From the human T2T-CHM13v2.0 reference genome, Homo sapiens, in NCBI RefSeq assembly GCF_009914755.1, contig NC_060927.1: 64,000 bases of DNA; one strand, given 5' to 3'. Positions 39,491 to 54,600 of this stretch are shown here, in pieces. Position numbers and translations under genes: made by a program. The notes under the pieces are model-generated. The model was not told the origin of the DNA, ran no database searches, and saw only the letters and a program-made list of their open reading frames with translations. Position 1 is the stretch's first letter; every line of letters begins with the position of its first letter.

Positions 39491-42400
39491 ATACCAACCT
39501 GACCTGCGGGGAGGCTGGAGGGAGGGGGAGCCCGGGCCACAGGGGAGTTGACGATGGCTGCAGGAGACAGATAAGGTTGGGGAGAAAGGCGCAGTCACTG
39601 ATGGGAGGGCAGGGATTAGGGGCTCAAGGGCCTGTCCTGGGCCTGTGGGTGGAAACCCAGGAAGAAGGGCGGCTGCCCTAGTGAGATGGGAGAAGGGAGG
39701 AGGAAGCTCTCGCTTCAGGGTACCGCTGTGCCCTTGTTGAGCCAGGAGAAAGGCCTCCCACACCTACCCATCTCCACTGCACAGTGAGCTGTCTAAGCAG
39801 ACCCAGGCCTCTGGACCTGGGCAGGGTCAGGAGGGACAAGACAGATTCCCTGAGCTCAGGGCTCTCCTCCAATCAAAGAAGACAGGTTACAACCCATCCT
39901 CCACGAGCCTGGAATGATAACACCTCAACAGACATGCATGTCAGCTCACGGAGGCAACAGGGACTATCCCTGCCCTGCTGGAGCCTGGCCCATTGCGCAC
40001 GTGTGTCCTTTGCAGCCGTGTCCTCACACGTGCTTGGCCACATGTGGTCTCTCAGATTCCCACACTCGGCTTGGTGCCTGTAGCCTCTCACCTGGGGCAG
40101 GTAAAGACAGGCCCACACCAGCCTGTGTGGCATGCTGTCATTCTCAGAGGCAGATTTTGGGGACACCCCCATTCTCCCCCTCCAGGGCAGGACAGTGGCC
40201 TCTCACGGAGGCCCATGGCCCGTGGGCCTTGGGCTTGAGACAGGCCTGAGGCTCCCCGAGCCTGCACTGGTCATGTGGCTGGGCCTGGGGAACCAAGTCC
40301 GTCCTGGCCAGAAGAATATAGCTCTGTGTGGGTAGGGGTGGAACCCTGGCCTTGTTCACCATGCTGAGCCCAGTGCCCAACACATGGTAGGCCTGCAGTG
40401 GGCAGTCGCAGATGTCTGGGGTGGATTAACCCTGATGTGTTAGAAGCTGGGTCTTCTGGGGGCTTGGAGGGAAGGGGTCGCTCCTCTAAGCCCCTGCAGA
40501 CTGTGCAGGGGCTGCCTGATTTGGCCTCCTCCTGGGGAGTCCAGCTGATGAGACTGAGAGTGGAGGAAGGGCTGCCCAGTGTCAACCTCATGGAATGGAG
40601 ACAGCACCTGCTGGCCGAGGGCCTGGCTGCTGGGAGCAGTTGATGGAGATAAATGATTCCTGTCTGAGGTGGAGGTCAGGGCCTGGCAAGGCAGCCTTGG
40701 GCCTGAGGGATGGCTCTGGGCTGGGCCAGGGAGTCAAGGAGACCTCTTGCAGTGGATCTTCCTGGGCAGCTGGGACCCAACTCTCCGTAGCCTATGGGGG
40801 CCATCCCCCCACCCCACCCTCCCTGACGCAGGGGCTGAGAGTATCAGCAGAGGTCGGCTGGCTCTGCCCTGTCTCAGGTTGGAAAGCTGAGCCCTGCCAG
40901 GCCCTCAATTGCACTGTGGGTCAAGCCTCCGCCAGAGCAAGGAGTGGTGGGTTTTCCCCATTTGTCAAGTGGACCAAGAAAGACCTCAGGGCAAGGACTA
41001 GGCTGCTGGAAAGGCCTGGTCCCAGACCTTGTTCATTTCTTCATTCATTCATTCCCACATCTGCCCCTGCTGTCCTTTCTGGCCTCTCCACGCAGTAAGG
41101 CCAGGCCCTCCCCTCTGCCCTGGCATTTCCTTGCCCATGCCGCTCCCCTCCTGCCACATCAGCTTCCTGCTGTTTCCCCAAGAATCTTCTGGACCTTTGC
41201 TTTTGCTGTTTTTTTCCCCTCATCTGGAACCCTTCTGTCCCAGATCCCTGCATGGCCAGCAACTCTTGACATTCAGGTCTCAGCCAGTGCTGAAGGTGCC
41301 CTCCCTCCTTGATCGCCATCAGAATCTGCCCCCTCCATTTTTATTCCCATGCAGTCCTGGTTGGTTTCCTCCAGAGCCTGAAAATGCCTTGTTTTGTTGA
41401 CACACCTGTTTATTATCTATCTCCCCTTAGCATTGGGGAGCCCCAAAGAGGAGGCACCTCACCAAGCCTTGCATAGGAACCGAGGTCCCAGCTGCTTTCC
41501 CCACCCATCCATGAGTGCCCGAGTCCCCATGGTCATTCAGGTCAGCATAAGGCAGGCCCTGGTCATGGACAGGAAACAAGAGGAGTGTTTCCAGGGCAAC
41601 AGGCTGCCCATCTCTGAGGGACTCCATGTAAAGGCTTATGGGTTTGGATCTAGGCTCTCAGAGGGGGTTCAGATGGCCAGGACCCAAGGACCTTGCACAC
41701 CCAGAAAGCAGGTTCCTTGAGCCCTGCCTGGGCTGGCCCCTGTGGCTGGAACCCAGAGGGGGGTGCATGTAGATATTAGCAAGTCAGGGCACCTCCACCC
41801 CCAATGATGGAGACAAATGAGAGGGGTATGGAGCTGTAGTGGACTATGAGGAGGTTGGTGCAGCCTTATTGATGCAGGGGTTGTGAATGGGGACAAGATG
41901 GGGCAGAGGAGGGCACAATATGTTGGGAGAATCCATAAACCCTCCTGGACACCGCCCTCTGTGGGGAGGAGGGGAGGTGTGCTCCACAGGTGTGTGTGGG
42001 GTGGTGGGGGGGGTAGCTCTGGGGCCCAGCTCAGCTCAGCCCATGGGAGGCCAGTGCCAGAGCCTTTACCACCACCCTGGTGCTGAGCCCTGGGTGGGTA
42101 ACCAGGCAGGGGCAGTGGAGGAGCCAGCCAGGTCCTGGCTCCTCTTCTCTCCCTCTACACTCCCTGCCTCCTTGGGCTCCAGGAAGGGTCCTCTCTGGTT
42201 GACATCTGAGAATTAGTGGGCCTGGTCAGTGTGGGCATCTCAGGGGGCCTAGACCCTGAGGCTCACCCTAGTAGCATCCAGTCTGTTCCTCCAGCTCAGC
42301 TACTGCCCCAGCAGCTTCTACAGGGGTGGGGCTAGGAAGGGAGCCAGGGCCACAGGCCCCTCATTCCTCTGAGATGGAAGGGGTTCCTGTGCCTGGGGGA

Positions 42401-42514
42401 GTGGGGGGGCATGACCCCATCTTTCCTCAACTCTTTGGAGGACCTCAGAGTCTCTTTGGAGGTTAAATCCACAGCTCCAAGGAGGGGATGGAGTGAGGCA
42501 GAGTAGGGCTTGCA

Positions 42515-42533
42515 CTGCTGCCACCTGGTGGCT
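42515..42533 (-). promoter_or_regulatory. CTCF core motif (reverse)
   Basis: Minus strand AGCCACCAGGTGGCAGCAG, an excellent match to CCASYAGRKGGCRS. Confidence 0.65.
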
Positions 42534-43201
42534 GAAAGACGTAAAGCACCTAAAACACCTGCTATTCCAGTTCCCAGAAGGAATTGGAGAAGGCAGTGGA
42601 GGGAAGGATGCTCCTGAGGGAGCAGAGGCACAGGGAGGTAGAATATGCACTCCTTGCTCCAGGTCAGCATCCTGGCCTGCAACCTTTGCCCTCACTCAGC
42701 TTGGTTCAGAGCCTCCCCAGGTGCCATCAGACATTTGCCCACCATAGCCTTCCAGAATGCTAGCAAGGCCAATCTAGCATCAGGGATGCCTGCCTGTCTG
42801 GCCTCTACTATACTAAGGGGAACAGAGGGCCCAAATGACATCCAGGGGCACACACAATGGGTCTTGGTGTATGGAAGAGAGGGAAGAGTGGGATCTGGGA
42901 GGCAGGCAGGGAGAAGGTGGAGCTGGGAGGTGGGTGCGGCCTAGCCGGGCCCTGCCTGCCCTGTCCTCGCCTTACTCACAAATGCTGCTGGTCTTCTTCT
43001 TGCAGGACCTGGATTGAGTCCCATGAGGCTCTCCTCCACACCCCATTGTCACCTACTTGTGTCATAATACACCACCCCTAGTTCCAGAGCAGGGGCAGGG
43101 GTGGGGGGAAGAGGGGAGGCTTGCTCAGGAACCCCCAGCAGAGGGCCCTCAGGAAGGAATATAGTTCCTTTCTACACCTCAAGCTCAAGATTATGGCATG
43201 G

Positions 43202-43514
43202 GGCCAGGCACGGTGGCTCACACCTGTAATCCCAACACTTTGGGAGACCAAGGCAGGTGGGTTGCTTAAGCCTACGGGTTGGAGACCAGCCCGGGAAACA
43301 TGACAAGACCCCATCTCTCCAAATGAATTTTTTAAATATTAGCCAGGCACGGTGTTGCATGCCTGTAGCTCCAGCTGCTCAGGAGGCTGAGGTGGGAGTA
43401 TCGCTTGAGCAGGGGAGGTCAAAGCTGTAGTAAGCCGAGATTGCGCCACCGCACTCCAACCTGGGGTGATAAAGTGAAACCCTGTCTAAAAAAAAAAAAA
43501 GAAAAGAAAAAAAA
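43202..43514 (+). mobile_element. AluJ
   Basis: Diverged dimer with J-type GCTTAAGCC/GAGGTCAAAGCTG; TSD AAGATTATG. Confidence 0.9.
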
Positions 43515-43809
43515 AGATTATGTCAAAGTCACAAAGTCTACTGAAGGAATTGTGATGTGGCAGGCAAAGTTAAAATTGGGTACAAAAATGGACTGCTCCT
43601 GGAATCCAAGGGAAAAGTCAAGTGCAGTTCCTCCCATGGACCTTTACCTCCTTTTCCTCAACCTCCAGGAGGTAAATCCCACCCAGCTCACCCTGTCCTA
43701 CTGGGGATGGTGTCCTGACAAAGTTTGCCCCTTTCCACCCACCAGGCAACAGGATGTGCTATTTCCCCTGTCATACACTTCCTAAAGTCTCAACAACTCA
43801 GTCAAGCAT

Positions 43810-44930
<1,121 letters not shown>

Positions 44931-45159
44931 GGAGGCAGAGCCACACGTAGGGCCATAAGGACAAGGTATAGTATATGTATTGGATGGTGACCTCATGTTT
45001 TTTAAAAGGAAGAAGGGTAAGTGTTCCCAAACACTGCCAATGTCCCCAAGGCCTCTTGGCCCCATCTCCCAGGAAGCTGAGCTGCACAGGTGGCATTCGT
45101 CTGGCTCTGCCCTCTGGCGTCCAGTTGGATCTGGACAATGGAGTCCCCCAGGAGTTTAG

Positions 45160-45637
<478 letters not shown>

Positions 45638-48303
45638 CCCACCACTGCTTTTGAGGGTCTGCTTCTGTTGGCCACCCATCCTGTAGACTCCCTAACCTTT
45701 CCCAGGTTCCTGGTCTCAGCCCAGTTCCCACCATCTGCAACCCTCCTCCTGCCCCCTTTGAGGGGACAGTCTCAAAGGACCTCCTTGTCCTCCCCTGGCT
45801 GCTGTGCTCCTGCCCTCAGTGTCAGCCCCTAGTGTGGTGCCTGTCCTGAGACTGGGCTCTACCAGGGTGCTGAAAGCAGGAAGCCCATCCCCCACCCCAC
45901 CCAGGTGCTCCTGGAATGCAGAGGTTGGCTAAATGCACAGAGGTTCTCCAGGGCTCTTGGCCCTGAAGCCCTCCGGGTTTGTGCTGTGTTGCACAGCCCA
46001 GCTCTGGCCCTTCCAGACTTTGGGAAGAAGGTGCCCTGCTTGACTCACCTCTGGGAGGCTGGACCAAAAGAATCAGGGAGGACCCAGGACACTGGCTCCT
46101 GGCCCACCAGGACGCAAGGCTCAGGGCACTGGCAGGAACAGCTGTTGGTCGAGGCAGGGTAGGGAGGGGACTGTATGTAATCAGTAAGAAACCATGTTTT
46201 TAAAAAATAACTCTGCTGTCAGTAGTGGTGAAACAATATAATAAATATGAGAAATAAATCTCGTTACCATGTAATGAGCTGCCTTATTAATGTGTTAAAC
46301 TTGTAAGAAATGCTTAAGTGTTTAATTGGCAACTAATGAGGGTGCCAATTAGGGATCATTATACATTTCTTTAAAACTCCTAATTGGCAGGGGGGCATTT
46401 CAATCAATGCCATAGGGCTGACTCCACGGGGACCCCGTCCCGGCAGTGCATCTGGTGGTTGTACCTGTAGGGCTACACATCTGGTGGCTAGCCCCATTGG
46501 AGACCACAACAAGGCCAGGGCCACCTGGGTTGGACCCGGCCGCAAACCCCACTGGGCACCAGGACTCAGTTTCTCCTCTGCCACTAAATCCTGCTGTCGA
46601 TCAAAGCCCGCCTGAAATGGTGCCTGTCAGGAGGCTGCACAGTCCGTCTCACCAGATGGAAGGACTTGACCTGTTCCAAGGCATCAGGAGGCTGTGAACT
46701 CACTTAGGACCAGGACGGTGGTTCTCCACCAGTGCCCAGCTCCCCCAGGAGCCTGGAGGAAAAGTCACCAGGGGGCTGAGCGAAGGCTGAGCTGGGGCTG
46801 GGGCCACAGTGTGGGTAGTGAGTTCCTGCAGCTAGAGACAGGCTGAGAAACAATGCTAAGGTGCATCCTGGGGCACCCTTGGGGCCTCCCCAGAGGCAGG
46901 ACCTGGGTCTCTATCTCAGCTAAATCCTGGGCTCCTTTGCATGCAGCCCCTGGCCCAAGGCTGCTTCAGGGCCAGGCAATGGGACTCAGAGTGGACCGCC
47001 TCTCCTGCCTCCAGGGCTCAACCCCATTTCCCAGGGAAAGTCAAGCCAAGTAGATCTCTATTCCAGGCCTGGCTGGCAGAAAGGGAGCATCCTAAGCAGC
47101 AGAAGCATGATTAATTACCAAATTAATTGCCAAATTAATCACCTGGGTAATTGCCAGAGAGCTGGAAAGATGGCAGGGAGGCAAGGCCCAGCCAGGGGCA
47201 GGGTGGGAAGTAATCCTGGCACAGGCATGGGCAGAGAGCGCAGAGGCAGGAGACTGGCTGCTGTCTGAGCAGATGGCCTGGGCACGATGGGAGGCAGCAG
47301 GTTGAGGACCTTGGAGGCCAGACTGGGGCATTCCATAGTTCAGAAGAAGCCTTGCAGGCCCGAGTAGGAGGATAGAAGGGCATTGGCAAATAGGGTGTGT
47401 CTGGGAGCTCGGTAGGGGTGGGTGGGAGGCCCAGGAAAATCTGGCCAGGTGGTACTTATGTCATGCCTATGAGTCTGGTGGGGAGGAGAGCGACTAGCCT
47501 TGGGGGCTGGGGGCTGGGAGAAGACCCTGGTTTGTGGCCTGGGGACTAGGAAGGCAGTGAGCATTGCTGAGCCAGACAGAGAACTGGTTGGGGAAAGGAG
47601 CCAGCCTATCCCCTGCAGCCTGTGGACCCCCAGCCCTCCTAGGCCCTGAGCCCTTCTGTGGCTCTTGTATTAGGAGTGATTGGGGAAGCGGCCAAGTAGC
47701 CTCAGCCACCCACCAGTTTTCAGGAATTTTCAGGACCCAGAGGGCTCACCCCATCCTCCCTGGTGGAAAAATACTCCATGACCTTGTGGCCCAAGGCTGC
47801 TGCTTAGAGCCAGGTCAGAGGGTTCTCTGGCCCCACAGCTCAGGCCCTGTCCCATCCTTCTCACCTGCCCCAGCTGCCCCTACTCACCTCTCCCAGGCTG
47901 GATCCGAGTCTGGGCTGTGTCTTCAGGAGGCTCCAGGTCAAGCCAGGTGTAGAGCAGGGGATTGCCCCATGACCCTGCCCCCACCTGGCAGTGGGGGACT
48001 TGGTGAGGGCACATGCACTGCTAGGTAGAGGCAACTTTAGCACTTGGGGCCACTCTAAGGTTTAGACCTTCCAGACCGTGGAGCCGGGAAGTATAATCTA
48101 GAACTGGGTGGCCCTGCAGACCCTGTGGACCTCAGGGCTGCCCGAGGGCTGAGCCTGTGTGTGGCTCAGAGGCCCCACCCCTGCAAAAGCTCTGTTCCCC
48201 GTGGGCCACCTTTCAGACCTTTAGCGTGTCATTTACTAAGCAAATATTTACCTAGTGTTCCTACGTGTCAGGCACTGTTCTAGACCCTCTACAAATACGG
48301 ACT

Positions 48304-48552
48304 ATTTTATTTTATTTTATTTTATTTTTATTTTTAGAGACAGGGTCTTTAAAGTGGAGAATGTGACCCGGGCTGGCCTTGACCTCCCGTGGTCAAGCAA
48401 TCCTCCCACCTCAGCCTCCTTAATAGCTGGGACTACAGGCACATGCCACCATGTCTGGCTAATTAAAAAAAGGTTTGTTTGTTTGTTTGTTTGTTTGTAG
48501 AGATGGGGGTCTTACCGTGTTGCCCAGGCTGGTCTCAAACCTAGGGCTTGAA
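48304..48552 (-). mobile_element. Truncated/rearranged AluJ
   Basis: (TTTTA)n tail, GAGACAGGGTCT, CAAGCAATCCTCCCACCTCAGCCTCC and a (TTTG)n linker. Confidence 0.85.
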
Positions 48553-48579
48553 CTCTTTTTATACTTTTTTTCCCATATC

Positions 48580-48720
48580 TTGGTACTCACTGGCATTGAA
48601 CTCTTAATTCTATCAAGTAGGAGGACCTGCCCCATTTTACAGATGAAGAAACTGAGGCAAGAGGTTCAGGGACTTGCCTGGAGTTGCATGGTGGCTGAGC
48701 TGGGATTCAGATAAGCTCAT
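48580..48720 (+). mobile_element. MIR (representative; similar relics near 8230, 9350, 13560, 23700, 31930, 37820, 51000)
   Basis: MIR core CCCATTTTACAGATGAAGAAACTGAGGC...GACTTGCC. Confidence 0.75.
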
Positions 48721-50185
48721 TCATGTAGCAAGGGGCACTCAGAAGAATGCAGTTGCCCCAGGGCCCTTGGACAGGGGTGTCTGGGACACCTGGCACCAGG
48801 ACCCATGGTATTATAGGAGGCAGAGCTGACTCGCCATGAGGCATGCCTCCTCTGGAAGCCCAAAGACATGTGGGGCCAGTCGCAGCTCCTCCCTGGAGTC
48901 CAGCCGCCTGCTGCACTGGATCACCGGGATCCCTGCTGCACTGGATCACCAGGAGTCCTGGTTCAGGAGCGGCTTGTTTCCTGCTGTCTGCCTTGCTGGA
49001 GATGATATATGCGGAAGAGGTGGTACATCTCCTACCCTCCCTCCCAGTCACAGCCAGGTTGCTGGAGGTGGCAAATGTCCCCATCTCACTTGTTCATGTT
49101 GGGGGATGCAGGAGCCAAAAGGAGGGGGCCCTTGGTGACACACTCAGGAACCCACCATGAGGGATGCAGAGGTAACCCAGGCCTGTTCAAGCCTGCTGTA
49201 GGAGTTCAACAGAGCTGGGTGCAAATCCTGTGTGACCTAGGACAAGTCACTCAGCCTTACTGAGACTCTGAGTCAGGTGGGGTGGCTGACGGAGCTCATG
49301 AGAGCTCTGTGGGGAGGAGCTGGGGGAGAGAGGTTGGCGTCTGGGAGCGGCTTTCTGCACAATGCCTTGGGTGGGCAGGGAAGGGAGCCAGGATTTGAAG
49401 TAAGAATGAGACAGGCATTTACAGTGGAGGTCTCAGGGAAGGCAAATGTGTGCAGTGAGAAAAGCCTGGGAGGGAATGATCAGATGACTCTGAGAGCCTG
49501 GGCCCTGACCACTGAGGGGCATGCCCCAACCTCACCCTCCCTAACCTCCGGCTAGCTAACCCTGCCAGTGGCCCAGTCCTGACAGCACTTATGGGACAGT
49601 AGCAGGTTGGCTCTCCCCCTGCTATGGAAGCTGTGTGGTGAGGCCTAGGGGCCTGACCCCTGTGTCATCCTCAGTGCTTACGACAGGCCCCTTCTGTCCC
49701 CCAGCTGCCCACAGGGCTGCTGCATCAAGTGGTAAGGCCTTGGGGTTCAGTCTTTATCCCATGCTGGTGGAGGCTGTCCAAATCCCAGGGCAGGGCCCAC
49801 AGTTTAGATGCACTGAGCCCAGATAGGTGGGCCCTGATGAGAAGAACCACCCTCCATAATACAAATACAAATAGCTGCACACTTTCACTGATGGCTCTCC
49901 ATGTGCTTTTAATATATTAATTCATTTAATTCCCATGAGGCAAGAACCACTTATTCAATTCTCCATTTGATAAATAGCCCTGAGCACCCACTATGTGGCA
50001 GGCTCAGGATACAGTGGTGACCAGACAGTGTCCCTGACCCAACTCCAGTCCAGACCTGCTTCTGGCAGGGAGGAAGCAAACAGCTCCAATGCAGCAGCCT
50101 CCCAGACCCCAGGCCCCTAAAAAAAGCCTCAAGGCCAAATTTCAGGCAAGCCCCTGCTTACTCCCACCTAATAATCTGGGTCTGC

Positions 50186-50201
50186 ACCGCCACCTGGTGT
50201 T
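50186..50201 (-). promoter_or_regulatory. CTCF-like motif (reverse)
   Basis: Minus strand AACACCAGGTGGCGG. Confidence 0.45.
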
Positions 50202-51446
50202 CACACTCAGAATGGCCCCAAACAGTGTGCCCTTGCCTCCTCCACCAAGGAAACTTGCACCCACCCCACCCACCCAGGTTTGGGATGGTCACCATTTGGG
50301 CGATGGGAACGGGCCTCCTGGGCCCCTTTGGAGGGTGTGGAGGCGGGTGCGGTCTCTCTGGGGGAGTCATTCAGCAGCACCTGTTGTCCCAGTGGCTCTT
50401 ACAGAGCAGCGTCCAACAGATCCACTCCCCACCCAACACCATCGTCTGCAACAAGGGCCCCAGCAGAGCAGGCAGGATGAGTATCGCACATCGTGCTGGC
50501 CCAGCACCATGCGGGCGCTCCATGCCCGCAGGACTCACCTGGTGAGGTCACCATCTTAGTGTCCTGGCTGTGGGGAAGTTCACGTCCTTCACCCCTTGCC
50601 CCCTGCCCAGCCTGAAACATCCACTGCCACCTTTTATCAAACCCAGCACAAGGCCCAGCAGATGAAAGCCTTGCCTCGCCCCCAGGCAGCGGTGTCAGCT
50701 CCTCTGGAGTCCCCTGTCCTCAGCTGCCTCTCTGGTCACTTCCTCCTGAGGGTGCTGTCGTTGCTGTCAATGCTGCCATCCTGGCTCTCCTGCTGGTGGG
50801 TCTCTTCCAAGTCCAGAACCGACTGGGTGCCCCTCAGCACCAAAGCCCAGCAGAGGGCCTGCTGTAGAAGAGCTAGGAATGTGTGAAGAGAATAAATGAG
50901 TGGTGTCAGGAGAAGCCAGCTCTGTCTTCAGAGAATATTCTTTCCTTCTTTGGGGGTGTGAACTCAGGTTCACCCACCTGGGACCAAATTCAGGCCCTGC
51001 CTTGTGCTCAGCAACCCTACTGCCCTGTGCCTCAGTTTCCCCGTCTGTAATGTGGGAGCACAAGGGGTGCCCACTCTGTGGGTTGCTGGGGAATTAAATG
51101 GGCTCGGATTCTGTCTGTGAGTGCCCCAGGAGGTCCACACGCCCACAGACTCTGGGCCTGACTCATCTGCAGGGATTTATAGCAGGAATCTTCCTGCCTC
51201 CTTCACCTGGAGTTTCAGAGTGTCATTTTTATTGACCCATTATCGAGCCGCTGAGAAATCCCTTAAATCTCTCATAATCTGGTGTTCTCAGGCTCCTCTG
51301 GGTAAAGAGCTTCCTGATGAGCTTCAGCTGGGGCAGGGTTTGGCCCACACTCTCATTCCTTGGACCTCTGGGGCCTCCAGCCTGCTAGCAGGGTGCGGGA
51401 GGAGGGTAGGGGTTTAATATCAGCCTGCTGGGCCTCAGCTGGGGAG

Positions 51447-51604
51447 GGGCCTGAGATTCCGGTGAGTGAGGTATCCAGGGCATGAGACTTAAGGAAGCAC
51501 ACACATTAACGTTGGTGAAAGTGCAGTGTCAGTACCCGAAAGTGAGTGGCTCCTTAAATTTTGAAGCCTAGGCCCTTCATTCACTTGGCCTAGTCCTGTC
51601 CCTG
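51447..51604. mobile_element. hAT-type MITE relic (MER96-like)
   Basis: Short quasi-palindromic element (CTTAAGGAAGCAC...GTGAGTGGCTCCTTAAATTTTG...CCTAGTCCTGTCCCTG). Confidence 0.5.
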
Positions 51605-54600
51605 CCAGTTGATCCCCACATCAGGGCCTGCAGTCTGGGGGCTGCTCTCCATGCCACATGTGGGAGAGGCCGAGTGCAGAGAAGAGATCTGAGGATGGGA
51701 CCACAGAACCCCTGGGCCACCAGACAGGTGACCTGCCTGAGGGTGGCAGTGCCTGGAACTGCAAGCAGGTGGCAGAACAGGTTGGCATGGAAGGCTGGCG
51801 GGCAGATTGGGGAGTGAATTGGATAGTGCCTGCTGGGTGCCCTGTCAGGCCCCTGCACCCCCAGTCTCTGAGGCTTATCTGAAGCTCCTTTCTAGAATGG
51901 TGTGGGAGAAGGGCCAGGTTCCTGGCTCTGAGTCTGATGCCCTCAGTCTCTGGGTGCTGGGTCTCCTCCCCTGCAATAGGGGTGATCGTATACCCTCCCA
52001 GGGGCTACTGAGAATAAAGTGAGATGGTGCCAGATGGCGCCAATCAAGGGTAACTTATTAGGACCAGATTCTGGCCCTCGAGGTAGCCCAAGGTCCACTA
52101 CCAAGGCCTTTCTGGCAGCTCTCCGGAGTTGTTGGCTGGAGCCCCTGGAAGTGCATGTATGGAATTGTTATACATGCCTGGCAGCGCTCCTGGCTGGGGA
52201 TACAGGGGCCTGTGTGCAAAGCCACCTTACAGGGCTCTCAGTCCAGCACACAAGAGATGTCCTGGGTGAGGTAGATAGAATTGGACTGAACTCTCAAACC
52301 AGCCTCCATCCCACTAGCATCCAGAAAGGTGCCATGGGAAACCATAGCCAGGAAGAAACCTCAAGGTGGGCAGTACACCAAGAGGGAGCTCTAGGGTCCC
52401 AGGATCAGCCAAAAGGTGGTCAGGATGAGGCTTCCTGGGGTGAGGGGCTCTGCTGCTCTTTGAGGAGCCCAGGTTTGGGGAGTCCCATTTGCCAAGTGCC
52501 TCGCCCTCCCCACCTGGACCAAGGTTAGCGGTCCTATCTCTTTGACAGGGATCTCCATGAGCAAGACCACTTAGTCAGAAAATGGCCTGGAGGATTGTGA
52601 AATTGGCGACATTCCTGGGTGCCAGCTATGTGCAGGGAGCCGGCCCTGTGCTCAGGTTCTCCCCGAGCTCTGCCCTTGTGACCTGCCATCCCTGCCTCGC
52701 GGCTGCACGGCCCTGGGCCAGTCTCACTGCTTCTCTGAGCCCCGCTGTGCTTTCTCTGTAAGAGGGGGCTAATGTTTGTCACAGGGATTAAATGAGATGA
52801 TGGGAGGGGGTACACAGCAGGCAGTAGGTACTGTGCGGTGGGGTAGGAGTAGAGATCCCCATGGACAGCCCCTCTCAGGGTACCAGGCTCAAGACAGGCA
52901 TAGGCTCAAGTCCAAGTGGGGACTAGGGACTCAGACAGGGCTTAGACCAGCCCAGGCACTTGCCTTCTTTTAGAGTAAAGAGAGAACATTGGCCAGGACA
53001 AAATTCAAAGAGAAGGTGAAGATGAAGGGGCCAAGGCTGAGGAGCCTGAGGGATCAGGGAGAGCCACAGGTGAGGGACATCCCGGGGAAAGTCCCCATGA
53101 GGGTAGCCTGAAGCCAGGGGCTTTGTGTGTTCTCCGTGCCTTCCCTGCCGATGGCTCTGGCACAGGGGACAGCCCCCCACTTGCCTTGGCTTCCAGCAAT
53201 GGTGTACCCCAGGTAGAAGGGTGCACCAGGTCCCTGCCCTGCCAGCCCCTCCAGCTGGACTGCAGGCTTTACCCAAGCTCCAGCCACTGGCTGAACTGTG
53301 TCTTCTTCTGTCACTAGGACAGATGGGCAGAGGTGGTGCCCAGGAGCATCAGGCAGGCCTCCTTCTCATACCCACGACCCCCTGCCCTCTCCAAAATCAA
53401 AGATGTGAGGTCCGCAAGGCGACTTCATCCAAATCCCCCTCCAAGGACCCCTCCTGAGAGACAATCCTTGCCCTCCACTTTAGACCTGGGAGACTTCGGG
53501 GCCTGGGAAGCAGTTATATTTGGTGTGGCTGGAGAAGCTCTGAATCGTTGTCTTTTTCCCAGGTTGTCTCTCCAAGATTCCCAGTGAAGGGGAAGCACCT
53601 AGTGACTCTGAGCCTTGTTGGAGCTTGGCCAGGCTGAAGGTGGGCCCAGATGACAGCCCCTAACCCCTTCCCGTCTCCACCTAGGCCTTCCCTTTTTAAA
53701 CCCTATCCAAGCAATTCCTGCCTCCCACCTCCCCGTGCCTGGGCAGAAAAAGGGGCAGGATTGCTTTGCCCATTTTACAAATGAGTCAATGGAGGGCCAG
53801 GGGAGGGAACAGATCCTCCCTCCTGGTTTGGTCAGTTCATGCCAAATTCAGGACTGGGGCCTGAACCTTGAGACTGCCGAGGAACAACCCCCTCACCCCC
53901 ATTTCTTGCTCCCTCTATGGCCCAGGACCTGCTCTTTCTCAAGCTTCCACCCCAACTCCCCTCCCCATTGCTCTGCCTGCTCACCCAGGCTGGAACCATG
54001 GGGCCATCTTCTTCTGCAGCCCCCAAACTCCTCAGGCAGGGCAAGCCTGAAGTTGGTACCAAGAACTGTGGTAAGGGGCCAAGTGGCTGCCAACCTCACT
54101 TTTTCCCTTGGTGTTGTGGGAAGAGCAGATAGCATGGGGCTCCAAAGCCCCACACAGTGAGGCAATCATGGACACTTCATTCAGCCCCTCTGACCACCCA
54201 ATTCCTCATGGGTAAACGGGGCTGGGCAGCTCTTGCAGGTCTGGCCCACTGGGGCCGTCCAGCAGCTCAGGCCTGGTGGCTTCTAACTGGTGACCTGCCC
54301 TCTTAACACCCCTTGGTGGGACTGGCTTTTATGTTATTGGGTTCCCCAGGCTGGGAATGAGGGGCTGCTCTGCTGGGCCACGAGCTGAACCCAGCGAAGG
54401 GAAGCTGGTGTTGCTGCCACAGGAGGATCAGCCAGGAGTGTGGCACCTCCTGGATGCTGCTGTGCCTGCTGGGAGAGAAAGCAGCACTCCACTGGGTTTC
54501 TTGGGAAACCCCACGGGTAGAGAATGTTTCTCACTGGGTTCTGTTGTTCTGTTCCACTGCTAGACAGCCTGTGCCACATCTGTCACAGCGACGGCCACAC

